Source of the DNA: Chlamydiota bacterium
GTDB lineage: Bacteria > Auribacterota > JACPWU01
Assembly: GCA_016196885.1 (NCBI GenBank)
Contig: JACPWU010000035.1
Span: 1-32,000 of the forward strand
Length of the DNA: 32,000 bases
Direction: 5' to 3'
Every line of letters starts with the position of its first letter. The stretch's first letter is position 1. Under the pieces are notes generated by a model. The model was given only the letters and a program-made list of their open reading frames with translations, was not told where the DNA came from and made no database searches. Below are positions 21,209 through 30,622 of this stretch, one piece after another. Position numbers and translations under genes: made by a program.

Positions 21209-22147
21209 CTAAGACACCAACTCCTCTGAAATCTCTACCTCCACCACGCGGGGATTAGATTCAACCACATTCAACCCTCTCACGGGTAAAACATTCACAG
21301 GCAATTGATATTTCCCTGGTTTTAAATCCATCACATCCACATAGGCCTTTAAATCGGAGGCGTGCATTTTCTCTAAGATATCCGAAGATCCTTCCAATGT
21401 AACCTCGATCTCGTCTTTCACAAAACGCACCGGGACCCTGGCCTTAGGCCCTTCCAAAAGAGAAAGTGTCACACCCCCCAAAGTTCTCTTCGCCAGATCA
21501 GGTTCAATCCGTGTGTACACATCTACATGCTGCAACTCGACCCGGGGATCATCGCTCAAAAGGGGTTTCAACGCAATGCCCTGAACAAAAGAGCGGGTCC
21601 TCCCCGTTAAAAGAATGGGAAGCGTTTCGATCTCCATCAATTTTTCCAATCGCTGTTTAGGCCCTATCACTTTCACCACCGTTGGATTGGCCACAAAATC
21701 CTTTACACGAAATCCACGCTCGGGTTTCCCAACAAAATGAGCCTTCACGGGGAGTTCCTTCTCAATCAAGAAATCCAAGGTGACGCTCAAACGATTGGGG
21801 TAAATATCTAAAATTTGGATTCTTGGCGAAAGTTTAAAATCCTCAGGAGATAGATCAAATTGAACTACGCCCGGTTTTTCAATCCCTTTCAAGTCGTGCT
21901 TCACCCGAATCGAATTTTCGACCATGTCCCGCATCGCCTCCTGAGGACCCGACACAGTCACCCTCAACGCATCCACATCTTTTTGAGTCACCACCATAGA
22001 AGACGCCACCTCCAACTCATACGGCACATCATGAAAGACACGCTTGGTCGTGATTTCCCCTTGCACCATGATCCAGACAATAAAGGCGAGAACGAGAGAG
22101 GAAATCTTCACCCCCAAATTTCCGGTGAGCCAACTACGAAAGGGCAT
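21209..22147 (-). CDS. cdaR: YbbR-domain regulator of diadenylate cyclase (CdaR-like)
   Basis: Start moved to ATG 22147 (MPFRSWLTGNLGVKISSLVLAFIVWIMV, the typical N-terminal anchor). Repeated YbbR-like beta-rich segments. Position between cdaA and glmM. 14-nt overlap with the cdaA stop. Confidence 0.8.
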   Translation of the reverse strand: MPFRSWLTGNLGVKISSLVLAFIVWIMVQGEITTKRVFHDVPYELEVASSMVVTQKDVDALRVTVSGPQEAMRDMVENSIRVKHDLKGIEKPGVVQFDLSPEDFKLSPRIQILDIYPNRLSVTLDFLIEKELPVKAHFVGKPERGFRVKDFVANPTVVKVIGPKQRLEKLMEIETLPILLTGRTRSFVQGIALKPLLSDDPRVELQHVDVYTRIEPDLAKRTLGGVTLSLLEGPKARVPVRFVKDEIEVTLEGSSDILEKMHASDLKAYVDVMDLKPGKYQLPVNVLPVRGLNVVESNPRVVEVEISEELVS

Positions 22148-22943
22148 GAGGGTGCCTCCCTCGGGAATGAAACCAATTCTTTCTTTGCCCATCCCCAATC
22201 AAACGATCTCTCATCATTTTTTTCAACTCCTCCTGTTCTAAACTTCCCACGAGCTTTCCATCCATGGCCACAGAGATTTTACCTGTCTCTTCAGAGACCA
22301 CAATCACCACCGCGTCTGTTTCTTCCGAAAGTCCAATCGCCGCCCGATGCCGCGTCCCCATGGACTTTTGAATGTGGGGCTGTTGCGTCAAAGGAAAAAG
22401 ACAAGCTGCAGCCGCAATATGATCTCCCTCAATCACCACTCCCCCATCATGAAGCGGCGTCTTCGGATAAAAAAGGGTCATGAGAAGCTCCGTCGAAACA
22501 GCCGAATCCACCTTCACGCCACTTTCAATGTAATTCTTCAAACCCACCTCATCCTCTATTGCAATCAAAGCCCCGATTCTCTTCTTGGAAAGAATATGGC
22601 AGGCCTCCGCAATCATGTCGAGAATCGCTGCGCTCCGGCCCAGGCTGGGGAGGAGCGGATTTCCCCCCAGGCTGGCCAACACCCTCCTCAATTCAGGTTG
22701 AAAAAGAATGATCAGGGCAATCACCGCAACCGGGAACACTTTACCCAAAATCCAATTGACAGTTTCTAACTTCAAGCGCTGGGCCAGAAAAAAAATCACG
22801 AGGAGGATCACCAGGCCCTTCAACACCTGAACGGCCCTTGTCCCCCGGATATACCCAAAAAGAAAATAGAAGAAAATCGCGAGCACCGCGATTTCTAAAA
22901 TCGGCCTCCAGATCAGTGTGAGAGAATTTAAGAAATGCATCAT
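22134..22943 (-). CDS. cdaA: Diadenylate cyclase CdaA (three N-terminal TM helices + DAC domain)
   Basis: GALIAIE, LHDGGVVI, GTRHRAAIGLSEETDAVVIVVSEETGKISVA are DisA_N/DAC hallmarks. Three hydrophobic helices at the N-terminus. Confidence 0.9.
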   Translation of the reverse strand: MMHFLNSLTLIWRPILEIAVLAIFFYFLFGYIRGTRAVQVLKGLVILLVIFFLAQRLKLETVNWILGKVFPVAVIALIILFQPELRRVLASLGGNPLLPSLGRSAAILDMIAEACHILSKKRIGALIAIEDEVGLKNYIESGVKVDSAVSTELLMTLFYPKTPLHDGGVVIEGDHIAAAACLFPLTQQPHIQKSMGTRHRAAIGLSEETDAVVIVVSEETGKISVAMDGKLVGSLEQEELKKMMRDRLIGDGQRKNWFHSRGRHPHALS

Positions 22944-23058
22944 GAACTCCTAAATCAAAAATCAAAGATCAAAAATCAAAACTAAGGAAGAATATTAATT
23001 TTAATGATCTTTCGAGATCATCGTGTGCGATGAAAGTTCTCCCCATCATGCTTTTTTT

Positions 23059-23126
23059 GTAGTCGCCCGATTCATCGGGCAATCCATGCAAGGGGCACAC
23101 GGCAGCCCCATAAATGGGGCGACTAC
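23059..23126. repeat. REP doublet copy 5: GTAGTC-GCCCGATTCATCGGGC-(24-nt spacer)-GCCCCATAAATGGGGC-GACTAC
   Basis: Same family. The spacer begins AATCCATGCA like copies 2 and 3. Lies in the folP-cdaA intergenic region. Confidence 0.85.
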
Positions 23127-23164
23127 AGAATGAGCTTCACTTTCATAGCAATAAATACAACTCC

Positions 23165-24058
23165 TTAATTTTGCATTTTGATTTTTGGATTTTGATATTT
23201 TTCAATCTCCTCTAACATCTTTAAAACATCTTTCGTGGCTTGAACATCATGAACCCGTATGATAGAAGCTCCGTGATAATAGGAAGCCGCAACACAGCCT
23301 AGACTTCCCGCAAGACGTTCTTCCACGGGGCGATTTAAAACAGTGCCGACAAAAGATTTTCGAGAGACCCCGATGACCAGAGGTGCTATTTCCTTAAAAG
23401 ATTCTAGATTTTTCAAAAGTTCCAGATTCTGCTGGGCATTTTTTCCAAAACCTATTCCCGGATCAATCACCACTTGTTCAGGGTCAAGCCTATTTTCCGA
23501 AGCGAAATGAAGTCTCTCGCGAAAAAATTCATGAAGTTCATCGAGGAGTGAATCATAATACGTATTCTCCTGCATGGTTTGAGGGACGCCTCGCATGTGC
23601 ATCAAGACAAGGCCCGCTTGAAAGTCACGGATGACAGAAATCATTTCCGGATCTCTCAAACCCGAAACATCATTGACAATGCTGGCACCCGCATCCATGG
23701 CCATGCGAGCCACCGAAGATTGACAGGTATCCACAGAAATGGGGATGGAAAGACGAGAACTTAAAACGGAAAGGACAGGTAAAATTCTTTCAGCTTCTTC
23801 CTGCCCATCCAGAGCTACCGAACCCGGCCGGGTGGACATGCCACCCATGTCCAACACATCAGCTCCCTCTTGAGCCAGCCGAAGACCGTGTTCTACCGCC
23901 CTCTCAAAGGTAAAATGCCTTCCTCCATCATAAAACGAATCCGGCGTAACATTGAGAATCCCCATGACCAGAGGTTTTTGGAGTGAAAGGCTTCGCCCTT
24001 TGATTTTCCAAAATACATTCTTATTGTCATGAAGCAGTTCCAACATTCGTATTTCCAT
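23165..24058 (-). CDS. folP: Dihydropteroate synthase
   Basis: [35 protein letters not shown]. The start overlaps the ftsH 3-prime end (24027). The last codons ([11 protein letters not shown]) run into a T-rich simple repeat. Confidence 0.9.
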   Translation of the reverse strand: MEIRMLELLHDNKNVFWKIKGRSLSLQKPLVMGILNVTPDSFYDGGRHFTFERAVEHGLRLAQEGADVLDMGGMSTRPGSVALDGQEEAERILPVLSVLSSRLSIPISVDTCQSSVARMAMDAGASIVNDVSGLRDPEMISVIRDFQAGLVLMHMRGVPQTMQENTYYDSLLDELHEFFRERLHFASENRLDPEQVVIDPGIGFGKNAQQNLELLKNLESFKEIAPLVIGVSRKSFVGTVLNRPVEERLAGSLGCVAASYYHGASIIRVHDVQATKDVLKMLEEIEKYQNPKIKMQN

Positions 24059-25961
24059 TGAATTCCTCCGGACTCCTTCTTTTGAGAAGGCGCCCGTACG
24101 GATTGATCGAGGGTGTCACTTGGGGAACCACCTTACCGTCAATAATGGCTTCTACCTCCTTACCCTCCATCACTTCTTTCTTGAGCAGGGTTTCGGCAAG
24201 GGCGATCAACTTGTCCTTATTTTCCAAAATCAATTTTCTAGCCCGTTGATAACTCTCATCAATGATCCGCCTCACCTCTTTATCAATGTCAATCGCCGTA
24301 GACTCTGAATAATCCACCGATCGAGTAATCTCACGCCCCAGAAAGATATGTTCTTCTCTTTCCCCAAAAGTCATGGGCCCCAGTTTCTCGCTCATGCCCC
24401 ATTCGCAGACCATTTTTCGGGCCAAATTCGTCGCATTTTTAATGTCATTGGCGGCCCCAGAACTGATTTCCCCAAACATGACTTCCTCTGCAACACGGCC
24501 TCCCATCATGCCCGCAATCTGACCCAAAAGCTCTTTCCTGGACTCTGTGTACCGATCCTGCTCAGGAAGCTGCATGGTGGCCCCCAGATAGGCCATGCCA
24601 CGAGGAATGATCGTGACCTTATGCAATGGCTCGGTCTCTGGCAAAAGATGTAGCACCAAGGCATGCCCCGACTCATGATAAGCCGTGATTCGGCGATCCT
24701 CTTCTGAAATGGTGCGGCTTCTTCGCTCACGGCCCCAGCGCACTTTATCACGGGCCTCTTCCAATTCCTCAAGCCCAATAGATTTCTTATCGTTGCGAGC
24801 TGCCAAAAGCGCAGCTTCATTCACCAAATTAGCCAAATCCGCTCCCGAAAATCCGGGTGTTCCCCGAGCCACGACTGAAAGATCTACATCTTTCGTCAAC
24901 ATGACTTTCTGTGTATGCACTTTCAAAATGCCCAGTCGGCCCTGCAAATCCGGTAAATCCACCACCACCTGACGGTCAAATCGCCCGGGCCTCAAAAGCG
25001 CAGGATCCAAAACATCCGGCCGATTGGTCGCCGCCATGATAATCACACCTTCTTGCGTATTAAAGCCATCCATCTCGACCAGAAGCGCATTTAAAGTTTG
25101 CTCCCGCTCATCATGACCTCCACCAATCCCGGCCCCGCGGTGGCGGCCCACCGCATCAATCTCATCAATAAAAATAATACAAGGGGCATGCTTTTTCCCC
25201 TGCTCAAAAAGATCTCGGACCCGGCTTGCCCCCACGCCCACAAACATCTCTACAAAATCGGAACCACTGATCGTGAAAAAAGGGACATCTGCCTCTCCTG
25301 CCACAGACTTGGCCAATAAAGTCTTTCCGGACCCCGGTGGACCCATTAATAAAACGCCCTTGGGGATGCGCCCGCCTAATTTTTGAAATTTCTTAGGGTC
25401 TTTTAAAAACTCAATAATCTCCTGAAGCTCTTCCTTGGCCTCATCCACGCCGGCCACATCCTTAAAGGTGACCTTGTCACGCTCTTTGGTGAGAAGCCTC
25501 GCACGCGACTTTCCAAAACTTAAGGCACCCGTGCCCACCCCCTTCACCTGACGATACACAAAGAACCACAAGAAGCCGATAAAAAGAAGCATGGGCGCCA
25601 AAGAAAAAAGGAGATTGGTCCATATATTTGTCTCCGGCTGAATCATAAAATCGCGCACATTTTTTCTCAAAACCGCGATCAAGGCGGGATCCTGAGGAGG
25701 AATGTTTAAGATAAATCTCTGCCCGTCCGTATATTCTCCCCGAACGATCTCACCCATCAATTCGGCTTTTTGAACATCGCCATTTTTGACGGACTCATAG
25801 AACTGGCTGTAACTGGGGTGGCGAACCCCTCGGCGAGCAATGTTATTAATTTGAAAGAGATAAAGGAGACCAATCCCCACCAAAAGCCAAATCACCACGG
25901 GTTTAAGAGGGCGTCTATCCATAAAGTCTTTTGAAAAACCTTTCTTTTTCTTGGGTACCAT
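24027..25961 (-). CDS. ftsH: ATP-dependent zinc metalloprotease FtsH
   Basis: 644 aa. Two TM segments, Walker A GPPGSGKT, Walker [13 protein letters not shown] region [19 protein letters not shown], zinc site HESGHAL. Confidence 0.97.
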   Translation of the reverse strand: MVPKKKKGFSKDFMDRRPLKPVVIWLLVGIGLLYLFQINNIARRGVRHPSYSQFYESVKNGDVQKAELMGEIVRGEYTDGQRFILNIPPQDPALIAVLRKNVRDFMIQPETNIWTNLLFSLAPMLLFIGFLWFFVYRQVKGVGTGALSFGKSRARLLTKERDKVTFKDVAGVDEAKEELQEIIEFLKDPKKFQKLGGRIPKGVLLMGPPGSGKTLLAKSVAGEADVPFFTISGSDFVEMFVGVGASRVRDLFEQGKKHAPCIIFIDEIDAVGRHRGAGIGGGHDEREQTLNALLVEMDGFNTQEGVIIMAATNRPDVLDPALLRPGRFDRQVVVDLPDLQGRLGILKVHTQKVMLTKDVDLSVVARGTPGFSGADLANLVNEAALLAARNDKKSIGLEELEEARDKVRWGRERRSRTISEEDRRITAYHESGHALVLHLLPETEPLHKVTIIPRGMAYLGATMQLPEQDRYTESRKELLGQIAGMMGGRVAEEVMFGEISSGAANDIKNATNLARKMVCEWGMSEKLGPMTFGEREEHIFLGREITRSVDYSESTAIDIDKEVRRIIDESYQRARKLILENKDKLIALAETLLKKEVMEGKEVEAIIDGKVVPQVTPSINPYGRLLKRRSPEEFNGNTNVGTAS

Positions 25962-26015
25962 ATCAATCCCTTAACCTTTCTTTTGTAGCATAAATAAGGG
26001 TTCCCTGGCAATAGT

Positions 26016-26090
26016 TAGTCCACAGTCGATGGGATAGTCCATGGACAAAAACAGGATACCCTATGGACCATGGACTGTGAACTATGGACT
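26016..26090. repeat. TAGTCCATGG-word long hairpin element, copy 2 (recR-ftsH intergenic)
   Basis: TAGTCCACAGTCGATGGGATAGTCCATGG (26016-26044) pairs imperfectly with CTATGGACCATGGACTGTGAACTATGGACT (26061-26090). Shares the word content of copy 1. Ends 2 nt before the recR stop codon. Confidence 0.7.
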
Positions 26091-26092
26091 TT

Positions 26093-26692
26093 TTATAAAG
26101 CCCTCCTGGCCTCTAAAGCCCTTGCCAAAGTCAATTCATCTGCGTAATCGAGGCCCATTCCCACGGGGAGACCATACGCAATGCGCGTCACAGAAATATT
26201 TTCTTCTTCTAGCAACTCCCCCAGATAAAGAGCCGTGGCCTCCCCCTCCACATCCGTTCCCGTAGCCAAAATGACCTCACGCACCTTGAGCTTGCGCACC
26301 CTTTCAAGCAAGCTCTCCACTTTTAAATTCTCAGGACCCACGCCATCCAAGGGGGAAAGCTTTCCCATCAACACATGATACAGGCCGTGGAAACTCACAG
26401 ATTTTTCAATCATCAACGCATCCTTGGCCTCCTCAATGACGCAAATCAATCCACGATCTCTTTTCTCGTCCTGACAAATCGAGCAAATCTCTTCCTCGGT
26501 AAAGAGATAACATTCTAAACAGGGACGGATTCTGGTTTTAGAGGTCACCAGCGTTTGAGCAAATTGTTGAGTTTTATTTAGGGGAGATTTTAATAAAAAA
26601 ATCGCCATCCTCTCGGCCGTCTTCGTCCCAATCCCGGGAAAGAGTTTAAAGGCTTCAACCATATCTTGAAAAGCGTCTAGTTTGTATGTCAT
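26093..26692 (-). CDS. recR: Recombination protein RecR
   Basis: Start moved to ATG 26692 (MTYKLDAFQDMVEAFKLFPGIGTKTAERMA, typical RecR HhH N-terminus). The 21 extra residues in the ORF track (GTG 26755) translate a tandem repeat. Cys4 zinc finger CLECYLFTEEEICSIC; Toprim DVEGEATA. Confidence 0.92.
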   Translation of the reverse strand: MTYKLDAFQDMVEAFKLFPGIGTKTAERMAIFLLKSPLNKTQQFAQTLVTSKTRIRPCLECYLFTEEEICSICQDEKRDRGLICVIEEAKDALMIEKSVSFHGLYHVLMGKLSPLDGVGPENLKVESLLERVRKLKVREVILATGTDVEGEATALYLGELLEEENISVTRIAYGLPVGMGLDYADELTLARALEARRAL

Positions 26693-26704
26693 ATCGTCGT
26701 TCGC

Positions 26705-26753
26705 CGTTCGTTGTTCGTCGTTCGTTGTTCGTCGTTCGTTGTTCGTCGTTCGC
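26705..26753. repeat. Tandem repeat (CGTTCGTTGTTCGT)x3.5 in the dnaX-recR intergenic region
   Basis: Three exact 14-mers at 26705-26746 plus a partial unit. The downstream segment AACGAAATACGAACAAC (26763-26779) is partly complementary (GTTGTTCGT/ACGAACAAC, TCGTT/AACGA). Confidence 0.8.
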
Positions 26754-26800
26754 ACTCGTTTTAACGAAATACGAACAACAGTATATGAGCGACTGCTTTT

Positions 26801-28573
26801 TCACCTTTTAATATCTGTAATCTTCCCTTCAAACATTGCCAACGCCTTCTGAATCACAGGATCATCTTGGATGGCAGAAGCAATATTTGAAAAAGAACCG
26901 GGAGCAGAAGATTCACCTTCTACCAAAGAATCTGCCTCTACCAATTCCAGAGAAATTTCTTTTCCCCCAAGCCGGCGCAACTCATCCTGAATCCACTTAA
27001 AATGATTTTCATTCTTCAAAGATTCTAAACAAAAACTTTTCGAAGGTGAAAAAGAAAGCCGCACCTGATTCATCTCAAAAGAAGGAAAGGCCTCTTTTAA
27101 ATAAGCATGTAAAAGGGGTTTATGCTGAAATGCATTTTCTAAAAATTTTTTCCAAAGTTCAGGATTAAATTCACTTCTCTCACCCCTATCCGTCATTCCC
27201 GCAGGCTTCAACGAAGTAGCCCCAGAAAGGGGTAAGCGGGAATCCAGAGTTTTCGTACTTGAAATCAATGGATCCCCGACCACGATAGTGGCACCCTTCG
27301 GTGTTAAAGATTTCGGGGATGACGGGTCTGTAGATTTTTTGGCTTCATGATAAGACAAGTATTCTTCAGCTTGACTCACTGAACCGTTTTTTTTTCCGCC
27401 GTCGCGAGTCACTTCTTTAATTGGTTCTAAAGCCCCCTTCTCCAAAGACCCCACTTTTTCAATGAGATGCTCAAGGCTCACTGCCCGGCTGGTCAAATAA
27501 AGACGGACCGCCAAGGCCTCCAAGGTCATCCGTTTCGAAAGGGAAAATTTCAAACGATCCTCTGCCTCTAAAGTCACATCTAACATTTGAAGCAATAAAT
27601 CTCTCGCAAAAAATGAGATTTGATTTTTCAACTTTTGAATGTCTTCACTCGCAAGTTCAATCAAGTCTGAGCCCTGGTCATCCAGCTGTAGCATCAAAAG
27701 ATCCCTGAAATGCGTCGCCAACTCACTGACAAAAAGAGTTAAATCCTTCCCCTCCCGGTCCATTTTTTGAATGGCCGAAAAAAGCCCTTTCCAATTTCCC
27801 TCCCTCAGCGCCTGAAAAAATACCATCACCTCATCTCGAGAAATACATCCCAAAATCTGCAAGGCCTCTTCATATTTTAAAGTTCCACCCGAAAAAGAAA
27901 CAAGCTGATCCAGCAAACTCTGGGCATCTCTCAGGCTTCCATCCGCTACCTTGGCCACGGCAAAAAGGGTTGGGTCATCGGCCTTCCATTTTTCCTTTTT
28001 CACAATCCCTTTCAAGCAATCAAAAATTTCCTGCGTCGAAATTTTTCTTAAACCGAAATGCTGGCACCTCGAAAGAATGGTTGTGGGAACACGATGGGCC
28101 TCCGTCGTCGCAAAGAAAAATTTCACATGAGCGGGGGGCTCTTCCAATGTTTTCAAAAGCGCGTTGAACGCCTCCTGGGTAAGCATATGCACTTCATCAA
28201 TGATGTAAATTTTAAAGGGGCTCGAGGCAGGTGAAAATTTCACATTGTCTCGGAGCTCTCGAATTTGATCAATCCCGCGGTTGGACGCCCCATCAATCTC
28301 CAAAACATCCAGGCTGGTTCCAGCGGAAATTTCCTGACAGTTAACACACTTGTCACAGGGGTCCGCCGTGGGGCCCTTTTTACAATTGAGCGCCTTGGCC
28401 AAAAGACGGGCAGTGGTTGTTTTCCCAACCCCTCGCGGCCCACTGAAAAGATAGGCATGTGCAACGCGACCCATGGCAATGGCATTCCTCAAGGTGGTCA
28501 TCACGTGATTCTGACCCACCACCTCTTCAAATTGCTGCGGCCGCCATTTTCGCGCCAAGACAAGATAGCTCAA
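26801..28573 (-). CDS. dnaX: DNA polymerase III subunit gamma/tau
   Basis: 590 aa. LARKWRPQQFEEVVGQ, Walker A GPRGVGKTT, zinc module CDKCVNC, DEVHML, SRC motif ILSRCQ. A9 run at codons 393-396 (see findings). Confidence 0.95.
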   Translation of the reverse strand: MSYLVLARKWRPQQFEEVVGQNHVMTTLRNAIAMGRVAHAYLFSGPRGVGKTTTARLLAKALNCKKGPTADPCDKCVNCQEISAGTSLDVLEIDGASNRGIDQIRELRDNVKFSPASSPFKIYIIDEVHMLTQEAFNALLKTLEEPPAHVKFFFATTEAHRVPTTILSRCQHFGLRKISTQEIFDCLKGIVKKEKWKADDPTLFAVAKVADGSLRDAQSLLDQLVSFSGGTLKYEEALQILGCISRDEVMVFFQALREGNWKGLFSAIQKMDREGKDLTLFVSELATHFRDLLMLQLDDQGSDLIELASEDIQKLKNQISFFARDLLLQMLDVTLEAEDRLKFSLSKRMTLEALAVRLYLTSRAVSLEHLIEKVGSLEKGALEPIKEVTRDGGKKNGSVSQAEEYLSYHEAKKSTDPSSPKSLTPKGATIVVGDPLISSTKTLDSRLPLSGATSLKPAGMTDRGERSEFNPELWKKFLENAFQHKPLLHAYLKEAFPSFEMNQVRLSFSPSKSFCLESLKNENHFKWIQDELRRLGGKEISLELVEADSLVEGESSAPGSFSNIASAIQDDPVIQKALAMFEGKITDIKR

Positions 28574-28636
28574 GTGTTTTTTCTCCTTTGACTAGCTTAA
28601 CCTATTCTCACATCTTCAAGCAAGAACGATCAAAAA

Positions 28637-29347
28637 TCAAAGGCCTGCAATCGCTAAAAAATTCCTAAAAAGAGTTTTGCCTACCTTGCCATATTCTTCC
28701 CTGAGAAAAGCAAAGTCGCGTCTTAATTCGTCCTGATTCAATTCCAGTAAATCGGGATCCTCCTGAATCCAAAGTTCAAACATCTCAGGTGTTAATTCAA
28801 AATGCCCTTGAATCCCATAGGCTCTATCTGCCACCTTTACAATTTGGTTCTGGCAAAATTTCCCTTTTCCCAAAAGCGTCATTTCTTTTGTTAACACCAC
28901 TGCCTCTCCATGGAGATGGAAAATTGTAGACTGATCACTCAGACCTCTCAGCAAAGGATCTTTCTTCCCTTCAGAGGTCAACTCAACCTGAAAAATACCC
29001 CCTTGGGGATCCCTGAAACCTATTTCTTTGACCGGACTTTTAACCACTTGGCCTCCCGAGGCCTTCACCAAAACCTGAAGCCCCAGGCAAATACCCAAAT
29101 AAGGAATTTTAAGATCGAGCGCTTCACGAACTTTTGCCAATTCTATTTCCATTTTGGGTGTTTCATCATTCGCACTGTCAGGCCCTCCCAAAACCACCCA
29201 GGCAGAAAAATCACGGGGTGAAGGACATGAAAGACCCCGATTCAAATCGATCAATTCGTAAGGGAGGGTCTTTTCTCTTAAAAGACCTTCAAGGATTCCT
29301 GGTCCTTCCCCTGTAGCGTTTTGAAGAATTAAAATTTTAGGATTCAT
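28637..29347 (-). CDS. Class-I glutamine amidotransferase-like protein (GuaA N-domain-like)
   Basis: 236 aa. ILILQN..GEGPG, nucleophile elbow GICLGLQVL, and HFE near the C-terminal part, consistent with a Cys-His-Glu triad. Confidence 0.75.
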   Translation of the reverse strand: MNPKILILQNATGEGPGILEGLLREKTLPYELIDLNRGLSCPSPRDFSAWVVLGGPDSANDETPKMEIELAKVREALDLKIPYLGICLGLQVLVKASGGQVVKSPVKEIGFRDPQGGIFQVELTSEGKKDPLLRGLSDQSTIFHLHGEAVVLTKEMTLLGKGKFCQNQIVKVADRAYGIQGHFELTPEMFELWIQEDPDLLELNQDELRRDFAFLREEYGKVGKTLFRNFLAIAGL

Positions 29348-29542
29348 TTCACTCCTGACAAAATTATGAAGAAGTCAGAATAGACCTCTTACAAGTCAGT
29401 TCATTAAGTTTTATCCATAAGTTTTGACAGTACTAAGGATAAGGCGGATAGGAACTATAACCAGAAAGATTATCCATGTATAGTGGAATATAGCCTCCTT
29501 GGTAAACAGGGTTTACAATTGAAAAAAATGAAGAGTTAAGAA

Positions 29543-29594
29543 TGAAAAGTGAAAAATTCTAAAGGGAAGTTCATTCTTCATTTTTCACTTTTCA
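29543..29594. repeat. GAAAAGT-word hairpin upstream of dusB (14-bp perfect stem)
   Basis: TGAAAAGTGAAAAA (29543-29556) is the exact reverse complement of TTTTTCACTTTTCA (29581-29594), with a 24-nt loop. The ORF-track GTG start of dusB (29549) lies inside it. Confidence 0.7.
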
Positions 29595-29617
29595 CTTTTC
29601 CCTGCTATACTGTGCCC

Positions 29618-30622
29618 ATGATTCAGCTGAAGTCATTGACGCTCAAATCCAATATTATCCAGTCTCCCATGGCAGGTTGCACAGACCTGGCCTTTCGGCT
29701 TTTGGCCCGAGAAAAAGGAATGGAATTCGCATTTCTGGAAATGGTTTCGGCAGATGCCTTGATCCGAAAAAACGCCAAAACTTTTGATCTCATGAAAAGC
29801 GTTCCTGAAGATAGGCCCCTGGGAGCCCAATTGGTCGGTTGTGACCCGGACGTCATGGGGGAGGCGGCCGCCATGGTGGAAGAAATGGGTTTTGATTTAC
29901 TAGACATCAATTGTGGCTGCCCCGTTCCCAAAGTCACAGCCCCAGGAGGGGGTTCTGCCCTTTTACTGCAGCCTGAAAAAACGAAAAAAATTTTTGAAAA
30001 GGTCGTGCAAAACATCCAGCGCATCCCGGTCACCGCCAAAATGAGAAAAGGGTACTCCGATCCCTCTGGAGAAGAAGCCGTTCACATCGCCAAAATCGCC
30101 GAAGACAGCGGACTTTCGGCCATCACCGTGCATGGTCGCACGCGCGCCCAAGGTTATACAGGCTCAGCTGATTGGGAAGCCATTGGAAAAGTGAAAAACG
30201 CCGTTCGCATTCCCGTCTTTGGAAATGGCGACGTGATCTCCGGGGAAGATGCTCAAAAACTCATTCAAGTGAGCGGCTGTGACGGCATCATGATTGGAAG
30301 AGGGGGGCTCGGAAACCCATGGATTTACAAAGAAATCGAGGCCTTTTTAAATGAAACTGCAGTGCCTGCTGATCCCACGCTAGAGGAACAAAAACAAATG
30401 GCGCTCAGGCATTTGGACCTGGTCATTCACAATGAAGGCGAGAGAAGGGCCATTCTTCAATTCAGGAAAATCGGTGCTTGGTATTTTAAGGACTCACCCG
30501 GCATTGCCGATTTTAGAGGAACCATTCACCAGACTGAAACTGCTTCAGGTATGAGAGAAGCTATTGAGAATTTTGGAGTTAAGAAGAATTTTTTTTTGAT
30601 GGATCTGGAGGCAAAGTCTTAA
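29618..30622 (+). CDS. dusB: tRNA-dihydrouridine synthase
   Basis: Start moved to ATG 29618 (MIQLKSLTLKSNIIQSPMAGCTD matches the usual Dus N-terminus L-A-P-M-A-G-x-T-D). DINCGCP, HGRTR, NGD. TATACT at 29606-29611 lies just upstream. Confidence 0.88.
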   Translation: MIQLKSLTLKSNIIQSPMAGCTDLAFRLLAREKGMEFAFLEMVSADALIRKNAKTFDLMKSVPEDRPLGAQLVGCDPDVMGEAAAMVEEMGFDLLDINCGCPVPKVTAPGGGSALLLQPEKTKKIFEKVVQNIQRIPVTAKMRKGYSDPSGEEAVHIAKIAEDSGLSAITVHGRTRAQGYTGSADWEAIGKVKNAVRIPVFGNGDVISGEDAQKLIQVSGCDGIMIGRGGLGNPWIYKEIEAFLNETAVPADPTLEEQKQMALRHLDLVIHNEGERRAILQFRKIGAWYFKDSPGIADFRGTIHQTETASGMREAIENFGVKKNFFLMDLEAKS

